From assembly GCA_963761305.1 (NCBI GenBank), contig CAVXGK010000002.1:1216001-1280000 (forward strand): a stretch of DNA of 64,000 nt, written 5' to 3'. The stretch's first letter is position 1, and each line of letters begins with the position of its first letter. The notes under the pieces are model-generated. The model was not told the DNA's origin. It ran no database searches and saw only the letters and a list, made by a program, of their open reading frames with translations. A program made the translations under genes and the position numbers. This DNA is from an uncultured Gemmatimonadaceae bacterium. Lineage in GTDB: Bacteria > Gemmatimonadota > Gemmatimonadetes > Gemmatimonadales > Gemmatimonadaceae. Below, piece after piece: positions 10,120 to 20,335 of the stretch.

Positions 10120-10162
10120 CGATGCTCACGCGATGCTCACGCGATGCTCACGCGATGCTCAC
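10120..10162. repeat. 11-bp tandem repeat (CGATGCTCACG) x ~4 filling the ftsY-recG gap
   Basis: Read directly. On the minus strand it is GTGAGCATCGC x3 + GTGAGCATCGA. Confidence 0.95.
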
Positions 10163-11091
10163 TCGCCGCTCAGGAGCTCCCGGGAAAATGCCGCGGCGTC
10201 GAAAGGTTCGAGATCGCCGACAGCTTCGCCCACGCCGATGAACTTGACCGGCGCGTCGATGGCCTCGTGCACGGCGATCACGACGCCGCCGCGCGCGGTG
10301 CCGTCCAGCTTCGTCACGACGAGCCCGGACACCGGGACGGCGGCCGCGAAGATCTTCGCCTGCTGCACGGCGTTCTGGCCGATCGTGCCGTCGAGGACGA
10401 GCAGCGTTTCGTGCGGCGCGCCGGGCAGCCTCTTCGTGACGACGCGCGCGACCTTGCGCAGCTCCTCCATCAAGCTGTCGCTGGTGTGAAGTCGGCCCGC
10501 AGTATCGACGATGAGTACATCCGCGCCGCGTGCCACGGCCGAATCGATCGCGTCGAATGCCACGGCGGCCGGATCAGCGCCCGCCTTCGCGCCGACGAAC
10601 ATGGAGCCGGTGCGATCGGCCCACACACGCAGTTGATCGATCGCGCCGGCGCGAAACGTGTCGCCGGCGGCGAGCATCACCTTGCTCCCGCCGCGCCGCA
10701 ACCGATCGGCGAGCTTGCCGATGAACGTCGTCTTTCCCGCCCCGTTCACGCCGACCACGAGAATCACCGTCGGAGCGGACGGTGCAAACCGAAGCGCCGG
10801 ATCGCTGTTGCCGGCGCGCAACGCGCCCTCGACGCCGTGCGCCAAAATGTCGAGAAACTGGTCTTGGGTCTTCACGCCGCCGCGCTTGGCGCGCTGCTCG
10901 ACGTCTTCCACCAGCCGCAACGTCACCGGCACGCCGAAGTCGGACTCCAGCAGGAGCTGCTCGAGATTCTCCAGCGACGCCGTCGACACGCCGCCGCGGA
11001 TGAACACGCCCGCGTCCATCAGCGCGACGTCCTTGATGCGCTGCCAGAGCGAACGCTTGGGTACGTCTCCAGCCTTACGTAAGAGTCTCAT
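10159..11091 (-). CDS. ftsY: Signal recognition particle receptor FtsY (NG domain only)
   Basis: GVNGAGKTT, DTFRAGA, DTAGR, DGTIGQN and TKLDGTARGG. Start trimmed to ATG 11091. Confidence 0.96.
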   Translation of the reverse strand: MRLLRKAGDVPKRSLWQRIKDVALMDAGVFIRGGVSTASLENLEQLLLESDFGVPVTLRLVEDVEQRAKRGGVKTQDQFLDILAHGVEGALRAGNSDPALRFAPSAPTVILVVGVNGAGKTTFIGKLADRLRRGGSKVMLAAGDTFRAGAIDQLRVWADRTGSMFVGAKAGADPAAVAFDAIDSAVARGADVLIVDTAGRLHTSDSLMEELRKVARVVTKRLPGAPHETLLVLDGTIGQNAVQQAKIFAAAVPVSGLVVTKLDGTARGGVVIAVHEAIDAPVKFIGVGEAVGDLEPFDAAAFSRELLSGE

Positions 11092-11104
11092 GATCCAAGA
11101 GTGA

Positions 11105-12910
11105 TCAACGCATGCCGCGGCGGCGGCGAAGTACCCATTCGGCGCACAACACCAATATCGCCAACGCGTAGGCCCAGCCGGCCCCGCGAATGCGGGGCGC
11201 GGCATCAGCCGACAAAGTACCGCTCGTGCGGTCGTTCGCGGTCACGGTCGGCGCGCGCGGAATCCATTCGCGCGACGGATTCACCGGCAGCAGCGCCGAC
11301 CCGCCGCGCGTCGTGACGTCGTACACGCCGGCCTCGAGCGCCGGCGTCTCCACCACAGTCACACCGGGCGGATACCGGAGCGTCAGCGTATCGCCGCGCG
11401 TCGTGCCTCGGCGTTGCACGACGACCTTGACGAGAGAATCGCCGGCCGACCCGCGCCGCCAGCGCACGGGATCGCCCGCTCGCACGACGCGCTCGTCCGG
11501 CACTGCCGCACGGTGATCTGCCCGTTCGGCGGCGAGCCAATCGAACACGCTGCCCCAGAACGCCGTGAACGCGTCGCCGGCCACGCCGCCGCGGAATTTC
11601 CAACGCCACACGCCCGACGCGGCGATGACCGCGACGCGCCGAGGCTCCTCCATGCCGACGACGAGCGGCTTGCGCTCGTCTCCGCGTCCGCGCCGCGCCT
11701 CGACGCCGATCCACGTGCCCTTGGGAACGTCGGCCCCCACGCCCACGGGCGGCAGGCTGTCCCACACCACACCGGACAGCGCCGGCGCGAGCGGCGACAA
11801 CGGCGCCGCCGACGGATACCATTCGCCTTCGGTTCCGGTCGTCACCACCAGAGCCAGCGGGCCGACCGTGGCGGCGCGCGGCGGACCGAATATCGATGTG
11901 TCGCCGTGAATGATCGCCACCGGCGCGTCGTGCAACGCCTGCCGAACGTCCGCTTCCGACGCCGGCGCGAGCGACCCTTCCGAGCGCCATTCCCCGGGGG
12001 CGACGCGGAAGAATCCGCGCGTGGGAATCCCCAGCGATCCGCGCAGCACGGCCAGCGCGTAGCGCGCGTCGAAGTCCGGCGACGTGGACACGAACACCGC
12101 GCTGGCGGCGCGCGACAGGTCCACGGCCACGTTCAACGTGTCGTCACTGTGGTTGGAATCACCGGGCGACGTCACCACGGCTCGCAGCAGCGCCGACCCG
12201 CTCGCGCCGTCGAGCTTCGTCTTGACCGAAATCGTTCGTTCGGCGAACGGCGCCATCGAGTCCACGGGCGTGGTCGCGATCGGCCGATCGTTGAGGGCGA
12301 GCGACAGCGAACTCGGCCCCGCCCCGGCGCCCCCCGCGGCGACCGTGACCCGAACGTCGAGCGTGTCGCCGCTCACCACGGCGCGCGGCGCGTCGATCGA
12401 GACGACGCCGAGATCACGCTTCGGGGGATGCTTGATCACCACGAGCCGCGATCCCGCCGGAAGCGAGGTGAGCGCGTCCGGATCGTCCACCTCACCGTCG
12501 GTGATGACGAGCAGGGGGTGGCCCGCGCCGAGCGCGCGCTCGACCACCGGCCGCAATCGCGTCGTGGGATCCGACGGCGCCTTGCCCGTGTCGCCGCGCC
12601 GGATCGAATCGCCGAACACGAACGTGCTGTCGGCCCTGGCGCGCCGCAGTGTATCGCGGGCCGCACGCCACGTCGCCGAATCGTCGCGCACCATGCTCGA
12701 CGAAACGTCGAGCGCCGCCCATGCGGCCGCCGGCTCGGGAAAGCCGAGCGGTGCGTCGAGCAGCAAGGCGACGACGAGCGCGATAACCGCCGCCCGCAGA
12801 AGTGCCGCGGCCACGGTGAACGGGCCCCCCGCGGCGCGCAGATCGCGGACGCCGTACTGAACAAGCGCCACGACGACACCAGCGCCGATCGCGATCAGCC
12901 AGGCTGACAT
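11105..12910 (-). CDS. Membrane-anchored vWA-like protein with an Ig/CARDB-like domain
   Basis: N-terminal TM helices, MIDAS-like LDVSSSM and ITDG, and a C-terminal TM followed by EWVLRRRRG. Confidence 0.65.
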   Translation of the reverse strand: MSAWLIAIGAGVVVALVQYGVRDLRAAGGPFTVAAALLRAAVIALVVALLLDAPLGFPEPAAAWAALDVSSSMVRDDSATWRAARDTLRRARADSTFVFGDSIRRGDTGKAPSDPTTRLRPVVERALGAGHPLLVITDGEVDDPDALTSLPAGSRLVVIKHPPKRDLGVVSIDAPRAVVSGDTLDVRVTVAAGGAGAGPSSLSLALNDRPIATTPVDSMAPFAERTISVKTKLDGASGSALLRAVVTSPGDSNHSDDTLNVAVDLSRAASAVFVSTSPDFDARYALAVLRGSLGIPTRGFFRVAPGEWRSEGSLAPASEADVRQALHDAPVAIIHGDTSIFGPPRAATVGPLALVVTTGTEGEWYPSAAPLSPLAPALSGVVWDSLPPVGVGADVPKGTWIGVEARRGRGDERKPLVVGMEEPRRVAVIAASGVWRWKFRGGVAGDAFTAFWGSVFDWLAAERADHRAAVPDERVVRAGDPVRWRRGSAGDSLVKVVVQRRGTTRGDTLTLRYPPGVTVVETPALEAGVYDVTTRGGSALLPVNPSREWIPRAPTVTANDRTSGTLSADAAPRIRGAGWAYALAILVLCAEWVLRRRRGMR

Positions 12911-13030
12911 TCGGCGAAAGCTAACGGTCGACGTCCGCCGGCCGGTCCGAATCGACCGGGCGGAAAAACGAATCGCGCCGGCCGAAGCCAGCGCGACGAA
13001 GGGACAAATGTGTTCGGGTCAGCCGTCGGC

Positions 13031-14233
13031 TCAGTCCATTTGCCGGCGGATGAACGTCGGGATCTCCATGTCGGTGACGTCCTGCGGAGCCCTCTCGCTG
13101 AGCGAGGACCGGGCCGAGCGGGTGGCATCGGCGGAACGGTTGGCCGTGCCGGTCCCGCCCGAGCCGGCCACACGGGTGGGCCGCGTCTGGGGGAACTGAA
13201 TGACGGGAGAACCAGTGGTCTTGGTGTTGGTCTGAACGAGAGAATCCACGGCGCGAGCAGTGCCCATGTTGAGCGCGCGATCGAACCCGGTCGCGATGAC
13301 CGTGACACGGATCTCGCCCTGCATGGCCGGTTCGTGGACCGCGCCGAAAATGATTTCGGCGTCGTCCCCGACAGCGTCGTGGATGATCTCGTTGATCTGG
13401 TGCACTTCGCCGAGCGTGAGGTCTGCGCCGCCCGTGATGTTCACGAGAACGCCGGTGGCGCCGGAGACGCTCACGTTGTCGAGGAGCGGGGAGCTGATGG
13501 CCTGCTGCGCCGCCTCCATCGCGCGATTCTCACCGCGGCCGATGCCCGTGCCCATGAGGGCCGAGCCGCCCGCGTGCATGACCGTCCGCACGTCCGCAAA
13601 GTCGACGTTCACCAAGCCGGTGACGCTGATCAGCGAGGAGATGCCCTGGGTCGCGTGGAGCAGCACTTCGTCGGCTTTCTTGAGGGCGTCCTGGAACGGG
13701 ATGCCCTTTCCGACCACCGCCAGTAACCGTTCATTCGGCACGACGATCATCGTGTCGACGTTCTTGCGCATGTCGTTGATGCCCTGTTCGGCTTGCCGCA
13801 TTCGCTTGCGTCCCTCGAACAGGAACGGCTTGGTGACGATGCCGACGGTCAGCGAGCCGACTTCGCGGGCCAGCTCGGCGATGACCGGTGCGGCCCCGGT
13901 TCCGGTGCCGCCGCCCATGCCGCAGGTGATGAAGACCAGGTCAGCGCCGGTGAGCGCACGGGCCACCTCGTCGCGGTTTTCCTCGATTGCCTGGCGGCCG
14001 ATCTCCGGCCGCGCTCCGGCGCCAAGTCCCCGCGTGAGCTTTTTGCCGATTTGGACTTTGACGTCCGACTTGGACGACAGGAGCGCCTGCGCGTCCGTGT
14101 TCACCGAGATGAACTCGACGCCCTCGAGGTGCTCGTCGATCATCCGGTTGACGGCGTTGCCGCCGCCGCCGCCGACGCCGACGACCTTCATCCGGGCGTT
14201 CTGGGTCGCGCTCTCTTCGAACTCGAAGATCAT
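13031..14233 (-). CDS. ftsZ: Cell division protein FtsZ
   Basis: [25 protein letters not shown] and C-terminal peptide EIPTFIRRQ. Confidence 0.98.
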   Translation of the reverse strand: MIFEFEESATQNARMKVVGVGGGGGNAVNRMIDEHLEGVEFISVNTDAQALLSSKSDVKVQIGKKLTRGLGAGARPEIGRQAIEENRDEVARALTGADLVFITCGMGGGTGTGAAPVIAELAREVGSLTVGIVTKPFLFEGRKRMRQAEQGINDMRKNVDTMIVVPNERLLAVVGKGIPFQDALKKADEVLLHATQGISSLISVTGLVNVDFADVRTVMHAGGSALMGTGIGRGENRAMEAAQQAISSPLLDNVSVSGATGVLVNITGGADLTLGEVHQINEIIHDAVGDDAEIIFGAVHEPAMQGEIRVTVIATGFDRALNMGTARAVDSLVQTNTKTTGSPVIQFPQTRPTRVAGSGGTGTANRSADATRSARSSLSERAPQDVTDMEIPTFIRRQMD

Positions 14234-14528
14234 TGCGAACGGTCCGTACGTCGAATGGTGTGGACGAGAGGACTCAAGGAAGGAACGACAGAACCATCAA
14301 CACCAGGAGCGCAGCGGCGCGACTCATCCGGGCCCTCAAGCGCTCGCGGAATATAATGCTTTCTGCCGTTCCGACTACCCCTTTTGACGACAGCCGTGCG
14401 AATTCTTCACGAAGAATGGCATGCTGACTTTTCCACAACCGTGACGTCCGTGACACAAATTTGATGCTGCGCGTCGCCGAGCGACGGTCCACCTCGCTAA
14501 CCCATTTCTCGAATACTGATGCCAGTTC

Positions 14529-15782
14529 CTAGAAAAAATCCTGGAGCCAGAACTTGAGCTTGGCGGTGATCCCCTCCATGCCTTTCCCGATCGGCGTCCG
14601 GCGGGCGCTGGTCACGGCACCGAGCGCGATTCGGTTGGCGCCGTACTGGGCGAGCCCCACCACCGTCGCGAATCGCGGCCCGTCCACGGTTTCGACCAAC
14701 CCGCCCACGTTCTGCGTCGGCACCCCGACGCGCGCCCCGGTCCCGAATACCTCGCTCGCCAGCTCGGCGCTCCCCGGCATGGTCGCACCGCCCCCGGTGA
14801 GCACGACCCCGGCGCTCAACTGTCCGGCAAATCCCGCCGACGCGATTTCGCGCTGCACGAGGTCGAAGACCTCGTCCATTCGCTGGTGGATGATGTGCGC
14901 CAAGAGCTCCCGCGGGACATGGCGCTCGCCTTGGGCCGCCGTGCTCGGCAGTTGGATGACGTCCCCCGGATCCACCATCGGCTCGTACGCGCATCCGAAC
15001 CGTTCCTTCAGCCGCTCGGCGTCGGCCTGGGTCACGCCAAGTCCGTGCACGATGTCTCGCGTCACGTTTTTGCCGCCGAAACGGACGGTCCCCAAATGAC
15101 GGATCTTGCCCTCGTGAAAGATCGCGAGCTCGGTCGTGCTCGCGCCCATCGCGACGTGGGCGACGCCGAGCTCCTTTTCGTCCTCCGTGAGGACGGCGAG
15201 CGCCGCGGCCAAAGGTTCGAGCACGAGCTCCCGCAGCTTGTAGCCCGCCCGTTCGATGGACCGGCGCAGGTGGATCGGCGGCGAGTTGCCGATCGTCACC
15301 AGGTACATCTCGGTTTCGAGGCGCGTGCCGGTCATCCCGATCGGATCGCGGATGCCCGCGTTCCGGTCCACCGTGTACTCCTGCGGGATGGCGTGTAGCA
15401 GCTGACGGTCGGGTGGAATCGCCTGGGCACGCGCCACCTCGTTCACACGCTCCACGTCCGACGCCGTGATCTCGTCGTGGCTGATCGCCACGATGCCCTT
15501 GCTCGTCATGGCGTGGGCATGCTCGCCGGCGATGCCGCAGAAGAGGTCCTCGACGCTGAGCCCGGCCATCCGCTCGGCGTCCTCGACCGCCTTCTTGATC
15601 GAGGTCGTCGTCTCCTCGATGTCGGACACGACCCCTTGGTGCAGTCCGGTCGTCCGCGACTGGCCGACCCCCAGCACCTTGATCGACGGATGCTTGGGGA
15701 GATCGCCATCCACTTCGGCGATGATGGCCGTGGTTTTGGCCGACCCGATGTCGAGTCCCGCGACGAGGCGTTCTGGATTCAT
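14529..15782 (-). CDS. ftsA: Cell division protein FtsA
   Basis: LDIGSAK, PIGMTGTRLE, GVVLTGGG, FATVVGL and amphipathic C-terminus LKFWLQDFF. Confidence 0.96.
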   Translation of the reverse strand: MNPERLVAGLDIGSAKTTAIIAEVDGDLPKHPSIKVLGVGQSRTTGLHQGVVSDIEETTTSIKKAVEDAERMAGLSVEDLFCGIAGEHAHAMTSKGIVAISHDEITASDVERVNEVARAQAIPPDRQLLHAIPQEYTVDRNAGIRDPIGMTGTRLETEMYLVTIGNSPPIHLRRSIERAGYKLRELVLEPLAAALAVLTEDEKELGVAHVAMGASTTELAIFHEGKIRHLGTVRFGGKNVTRDIVHGLGVTQADAERLKERFGCAYEPMVDPGDVIQLPSTAAQGERHVPRELLAHIIHQRMDEVFDLVQREIASAGFAGQLSAGVVLTGGGATMPGSAELASEVFGTGARVGVPTQNVGGLVETVDGPRFATVVGLAQYGANRIALGAVTSARRTPIGKGMEGITAKLKFWLQDFF

Positions 15783-16486
15783 GGCAATCTTGCGATCACT
15801 TGGTCGCGGAAGCGGAGGTCGATCTCTAAGGCGCGAAGCTGCTTGCGGGCGAGGTCCTGCTCCACGGGTGCGACATCGGCAAGGCGTGGCAGCGACAAGT
15901 CGTCGTTGGCGCGAACCGTCTCGGTCTGAGGCGCGGATGCTCCCGGCAGCTTGAGATCGAAAGCGATCTCGCCATGACCGGGTCGGCGCGCCGCGCTCAC
16001 GCGCGCGTACAGCGCCGGCATGGCAGTTCGCATGGCGCCGAGCAGTTTGAGCAGCGGAACGTCGCGGTCCATCAGGACCGGCGCGTCGACGGTCACGCGC
16101 GTGGGATCGATCGAGAGCGCATTGCCGCGATCGTCGTACGCGCGAAATCCTCCGGGCGACGACACGAGCGCGACCGGCACTCGTTCGACGATCTCGACGA
16201 CGAGCGTGCCCGGCAACTTTCGACGGATGTTGGCGCGCGCCACCCCGGGATATCCCTCCACCTTCGAGACGAGCGGCGTGGTCGGATCCCAGACCGACGC
16301 CAGCGTATCGACGTTCAGGCGAGCGAGAATGTCACTCGGCGCGAGATACCGAGCGCCGACGATTTCCACGCGCCGCACGCGGAAGAACTCCATCCGGCGC
16401 AGAATCATCGGCCCCCAGAGCGGTGCCGAACCCAAGATGAGGAGGGCCGCCGCACCGCCGATCGCGAGCTTGATCCGAGTCGTCAT
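15779..16486 (-). CDS. ftsQ: Cell division protein FtsQ/DivIB
   Basis: TM segment, POTRA domain (VEIVG..RRKLPGTLVVEIVERVPVA) and IDLRFRDQV. ATG 16486 overlaps the murC stop. Confidence 0.85.
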   Translation of the reverse strand: MTTRIKLAIGGAAALLILGSAPLWGPMILRRMEFFRVRRVEIVGARYLAPSDILARLNVDTLASVWDPTTPLVSKVEGYPGVARANIRRKLPGTLVVEIVERVPVALVSSPGGFRAYDDRGNALSIDPTRVTVDAPVLMDRDVPLLKLLGAMRTAMPALYARVSAARRPGHGEIAFDLKLPGASAPQTETVRANDDLSLPRLADVAPVEQDLARKQLRALEIDLRFRDQVIARLP

Positions 16487-17901
16487 CGAGGGGCCTGGAC
16501 GTTCGAGTGCGAAAGCTCGTCGAGCAGCGCGGGCCCCACCTTCGTAACGTCGCCCGCGCCGACGGTCAGCACCACGTCGCCCGCGACGACTCCCGACGCC
16601 AGAGCGGCCGGAAGATCCTCGCGCGTTCCACGCCAGGCCAGCCGTGCCTTCCCGCCGGCAGCGTTCAATGCGTCGGCGATGAGGGTGGACGTCACGCCTT
16701 CGATCGGCCGCTCGCGCGCCGGATAGATCTCGGTGAGATAGACGGCGTCCGCCGCGGCGAGCGACGACCCGAACTCGCGCGCGAAGTCGCGCGTGCGGCT
16801 GAAGAGATGCGGCTGAAAGGCGATGACGATTCGTCGATTGGGATAGGCGCTTCGCGCCGCCGCGAGCGTGGCCGCGATCTCCGTCGGGTGGTGCGCGTAG
16901 TCGTCGATCACCAGCACGCCCGCGCGTTCGCCGAGCCGCTGGAAGCGACGCTCGGCGCCGACGAACGAGCTCAGTCCGCGCGCGAGATCGGCGAACTCGG
17001 CGCCGAGCCCAAGACCGCTGCCGATCGCGGCGAGCGCGTTGAGAACGTTGTGCTGGCCCGGGACGCTCAGCTGCACGCGGCCAAGCAGCTCGTCGTCGTA
17101 GACGACGTCGAAGCTCGACGTGCCGGCGTGCGATTCGATTCGGCGAGCCACCAGCCGCGCGTCGCCCGACGTGATGCCGTAGCGAATGACTTCGGTGGTG
17201 CTGGGCGTGGCGAGCGCGTTCGCGCCGGAATCGTCGGCGCACAACACGATCGTGCGGGCGCCGCGGGCGAACTGCGCGAACGCACGATGGATGTCGGCGA
17301 GGTCGGCGTAGATGTCGAGGTGGTCGGCCTCGATGTTCGTGACGACGGCGACCGTCGGCGACAGCGCGAGGAACGAGCGGTCGTACTCGTCGGCTTCGAC
17401 GACGTAGAGGCGGTCGCCGCCGGCGAGAAGATTCCCTTCCCACGTCGACACGCGCCCACCCACGAGCGCCGTCGGGTCGCGGCCTGCGGCGGCAAGCGCC
17501 ATCGCGGTCATCACGGTCGTCGTCGTCTTGCCGTGCGTGCCCGCGATACCCACGAGCTCGCGCCCCGCCCCCGACGTGACTTCACCCAGCGCTTCGGCGC
17601 GACGGATCACCGGGATGCCCAGCTCTCTCGCGCGCGCGAGCTCGGGGTGCGTCTTGGGCATCGCCGACGTCACGACGAGTGCTCGAGCGGTCTCCGCGTG
17701 GGCGGGATCATGCCGACCGACCGTGACGCCCAAGCGACGCAGGTCGCCGGCGCCTTCAGGATTCGCGTCGCAGCCCGTGACTTTCGCGCCGCGCCGGACG
17801 AACAGCTCTGCGAGCGCGCTCATACCGGCTCCGGCTATCCCGACAAAATGAATCGGACGCGCGTCGTTGGGATCGAGGAGTGGCATGTCGTGGATGCGCA
17901 A
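16483..17901 (-). CDS. murC: UDP-N-acetylmuramate--L-alanine ligase
   Basis: HFVGIAGAGMS, GTHGKTTT, EADEYD, DDYAHHPTE and FQPH. The start may be the ATG five codons downstream. Confidence 0.96.
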   Translation of the reverse strand: MRIHDMPLLDPNDARPIHFVGIAGAGMSALAELFVRRGAKVTGCDANPEGAGDLRRLGVTVGRHDPAHAETARALVVTSAMPKTHPELARARELGIPVIRRAEALGEVTSGAGRELVGIAGTHGKTTTTVMTAMALAAAGRDPTALVGGRVSTWEGNLLAGGDRLYVVEADEYDRSFLALSPTVAVVTNIEADHLDIYADLADIHRAFAQFARGARTIVLCADDSGANALATPSTTEVIRYGITSGDARLVARRIESHAGTSSFDVVYDDELLGRVQLSVPGQHNVLNALAAIGSGLGLGAEFADLARGLSSFVGAERRFQRLGERAGVLVIDDYAHHPTEIAATLAAARSAYPNRRIVIAFQPHLFSRTRDFAREFGSSLAAADAVYLTEIYPARERPIEGVTSTLIADALNAAGGKARLAWRGTREDLPAALASGVVAGDVVLTVGAGDVTKVGPALLDELSHSNVQAPR

Positions 17902-17923
17902 TATAGAAACCAGCTCAACAGCC

Positions 17924-19021
17924 TCAAAACGAGTCGAGAAGCGCGAGGATGCGTCGGGCGATTTCGGCGGCGGCGTCGGGCCTCGCTCGCGCGCGCGCGG
18001 CCTCGGCGAGAGCTTTCAGTTCGCGTGGGGTGTCGAGGATGCGCCGCACCGTGGCGTCGAGGCGCTGGGCGGTGAGCTGTTTCTGCGCGAGATGGATCGC
18101 CGCGCCGGCGCTTTCGAGCGTCACGGCGTTGACCGTCTGGTGGTCGGCGGCGGCGGTCGGAAGCGGAACCAGCACGGCGGGAATTCCCCACGCGAAGAGC
18201 TCGGCCGTCGTCATCGCGCCGGCCCTGGCGATCGCGAGATCGACCGCCGCGTAGGCGTCGCCGATCGGAGCGAGATAGTCGCGCACGCGAACGCGCGGCG
18301 ACTCCAGATGCTTGAATTCGTCGAACGACCCGCGGCCCGTTCCCCAGATGAGCGATACCGAATCCGGCAACCCGCGGTCGATCCACTGCGACACCGCGCG
18401 ATTGATCGCGAGCGAGCCCTGACTCCCGCCGTACACGAGAATCACGCTTCCGTCGACGGGAAGATCCCACGCGCGCCGGGCAGCGTTTCGATCGGGCCGC
18501 GGTGACGGCGGCGGCTCGATCGGCGCACCGGTGTCGACGAGCGAGCCTGCGTGGTGCGCCCGCAGCGCGCGGGCCGCCTCGGGAAAGCTCAGATACATTT
18601 CCCGCGACCAACGGCTGAAGGTGCGCGCGGTCAGTCCGGGATGGCTGTCGCCGGCTTGCTGCACGATCGGGATCCGGTGGGCGACGGCGTAGGCCATGGC
18701 GAATGCCGCCGCATATCCGCCCGTGCCGACGACGAGCTCCGGATGCTCGGCGCGTGCAAGCCGGCCGAGGTCGCGCCAGGCGCCGATTCCACCGACGAAC
18801 GTCTTGGCGTTCTTCCAGACGGCGCTGCGATAGAGGGGATGCGCGTCGAGCAAGGCGAACGGAAATTCGAGTCTTGGCAAGACCTCGCGTTCAATGCCGC
18901 GCTTCGCGCCGATGAAAAACGGCTCGACCGAAGGGCGCGCGCGCACGAGCGCGCGCGCGATCGCGACGCCCGGGTAGAGATGTCCGCCCGTTCCTCCGCC
19001 CGCGATGAAGATTCGCGCCAT
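17924..19021 (-). CDS. murG: Lipid II GlcNAc transferase MurG
   Basis: GGGTGGHLYP, GTGGY, GGSQGS, RAGAMT and HQTVNA. Confidence 0.96.
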   Translation of the reverse strand: MARIFIAGGGTGGHLYPGVAIARALVRARPSVEPFFIGAKRGIEREVLPRLEFPFALLDAHPLYRSAVWKNAKTFVGGIGAWRDLGRLARAEHPELVVGTGGYAAAFAMAYAVAHRIPIVQQAGDSHPGLTARTFSRWSREMYLSFPEAARALRAHHAGSLVDTGAPIEPPPSPRPDRNAARRAWDLPVDGSVILVYGGSQGSLAINRAVSQWIDRGLPDSVSLIWGTGRGSFDEFKHLESPRVRVRDYLAPIGDAYAAVDLAIARAGAMTTAELFAWGIPAVLVPLPTAAADHQTVNAVTLESAGAAIHLAQKQLTAQRLDATVRRILDTPRELKALAEAARARARPDAAAEIARRILALLDSF

Positions 19022-19043
19022 GGCCGAGGACGGTGGTGGACGA

Positions 19044-20318
19044 CTAGGCGGCGACGGCCAGCGGGTCGGTCGCCGCGCTCCCGATCACCCGCTCGCGAGT
19101 GCTGCCGATGTTCACCAGGATGCCGGTGAACAAGAGCGTCAGCACGAGGTTCGAGCGGCCGTACGACACGAACGGCAGCGTGAGCCCGGTCGTGGGCAGC
19201 AGGCCGATCACGACGCCGACGTGCAGGAAGGCCGTGAGCACCGTCGTGAAGGTGAGGCCGACAGCGACGAGTTGCAGAAATGGCGTGCGTGCCTGCCGCG
19301 CGATGCGGAAGCCGAGCAGTCCGTACAGTGCGAACGCGACGGTGACGCCCGCCAGGCCGACGAACCCCCACTCCTCACCGACGTTGCTCGCCACGAAGTC
19401 GCTGTACGGGAAGGGGACGAAGAACGCCTGCTGCATCCCCTCGCCGAAGCCGCGGCCGAACCATCCGCCCGAGCCGACCGCGATAAGCGACTGGGTGAGC
19501 TGGAAGCTCACCGCCTCGGGCGCGTTGCCCGGATGCAGAAACGCCGTGACGCGCGAGAGCGCGTACCGCCACTTCTCGATTCTGGCCACGAACACCGGCA
19601 GGCACATCGCGCCGAGCGCGATGAAGTGGCCTAAGCGCGCGCCGCCCACGTACAGGAGGAGCGCCATGAGGAGCGTGAGCAGCATCGCCACGGAGAGGTC
19701 GGGCTCGAGCGCGGCGAGCACGTCGAGGACGCCGATCACGACGACGAACGGAATCAGCCCTTTCGTGAGGCGGCGGAGCGCCTCGCCCTTCTTCACGATC
19801 AGCATCGACACCCACACCACGACGCCCAGTTTCGCGAACTCCGACGGCTGGAACGACGCGCCGAACAGGAATCGCCGCGAGCCGTGAATCATCGGCGCGA
19901 TGCGTCCGGGCAGGATGAGCACGGCGGCCATCGTCGCGATCGTGAACCACATGATCGGCCACGCCCACACGCGAAGCTTCTCCGCGTCGACCTTGGCCGT
20001 GATGAGGAATATCAGAATGCCGCCGGCCAGTCCTTCGACCTGCCGAATGAAGAAGAACATGCTCGATCCGTGGTCGGCCACGGCGACGAACGCGCTCGAG
20101 CTGTACAACACGGCCAGCCCGAACGCAGACAGAATCGCGCTCACGAGCACCAGGAGACGCGCCTCGGCCCCCATGCGCCAGCGATAACGCACGTCCGGGT
20201 GCACCTCGGGACGAGCATTGCGATTGTCCCGCGCATCGCGGGCGTCCCCCCGACGGCCATCGGGGCGAGTATCCGGCTTCGCCGCGGCCGGCCGCGGCTC
20301 GAACAGCAACTCGTTCAT
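19044..20318 (-). CDS. ftsW: SEDS peptidoglycan glycosyltransferase FtsW
   Basis: FQPSEFAK, EPD, GEEWGF and LPTTGLTLPFVSYG; position in the dcw cluster. Confidence 0.94.
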   Translation of the reverse strand: MNELLFEPRPAAAKPDTRPDGRRGDARDARDNRNARPEVHPDVRYRWRMGAEARLLVLVSAILSAFGLAVLYSSSAFVAVADHGSSMFFFIRQVEGLAGGILIFLITAKVDAEKLRVWAWPIMWFTIATMAAVLILPGRIAPMIHGSRRFLFGASFQPSEFAKLGVVVWVSMLIVKKGEALRRLTKGLIPFVVVIGVLDVLAALEPDLSVAMLLTLLMALLLYVGGARLGHFIALGAMCLPVFVARIEKWRYALSRVTAFLHPGNAPEAVSFQLTQSLIAVGSGGWFGRGFGEGMQQAFFVPFPYSDFVASNVGEEWGFVGLAGVTVAFALYGLLGFRIARQARTPFLQLVAVGLTFTTVLTAFLHVGVVIGLLPTTGLTLPFVSYGRSNLVLTLLFTGILVNIGSTRERVIGSAATDPLAVAA

Positions 20319-20335
20319 CGGTTGTCGGCGGTTTG

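Noticed and set aside
14274..14492. 72-aa ORF in the ftsA-ftsZ spacer
   Set aside because: No homology recognised, atypical composition, and it overlaps the likely promoter region.
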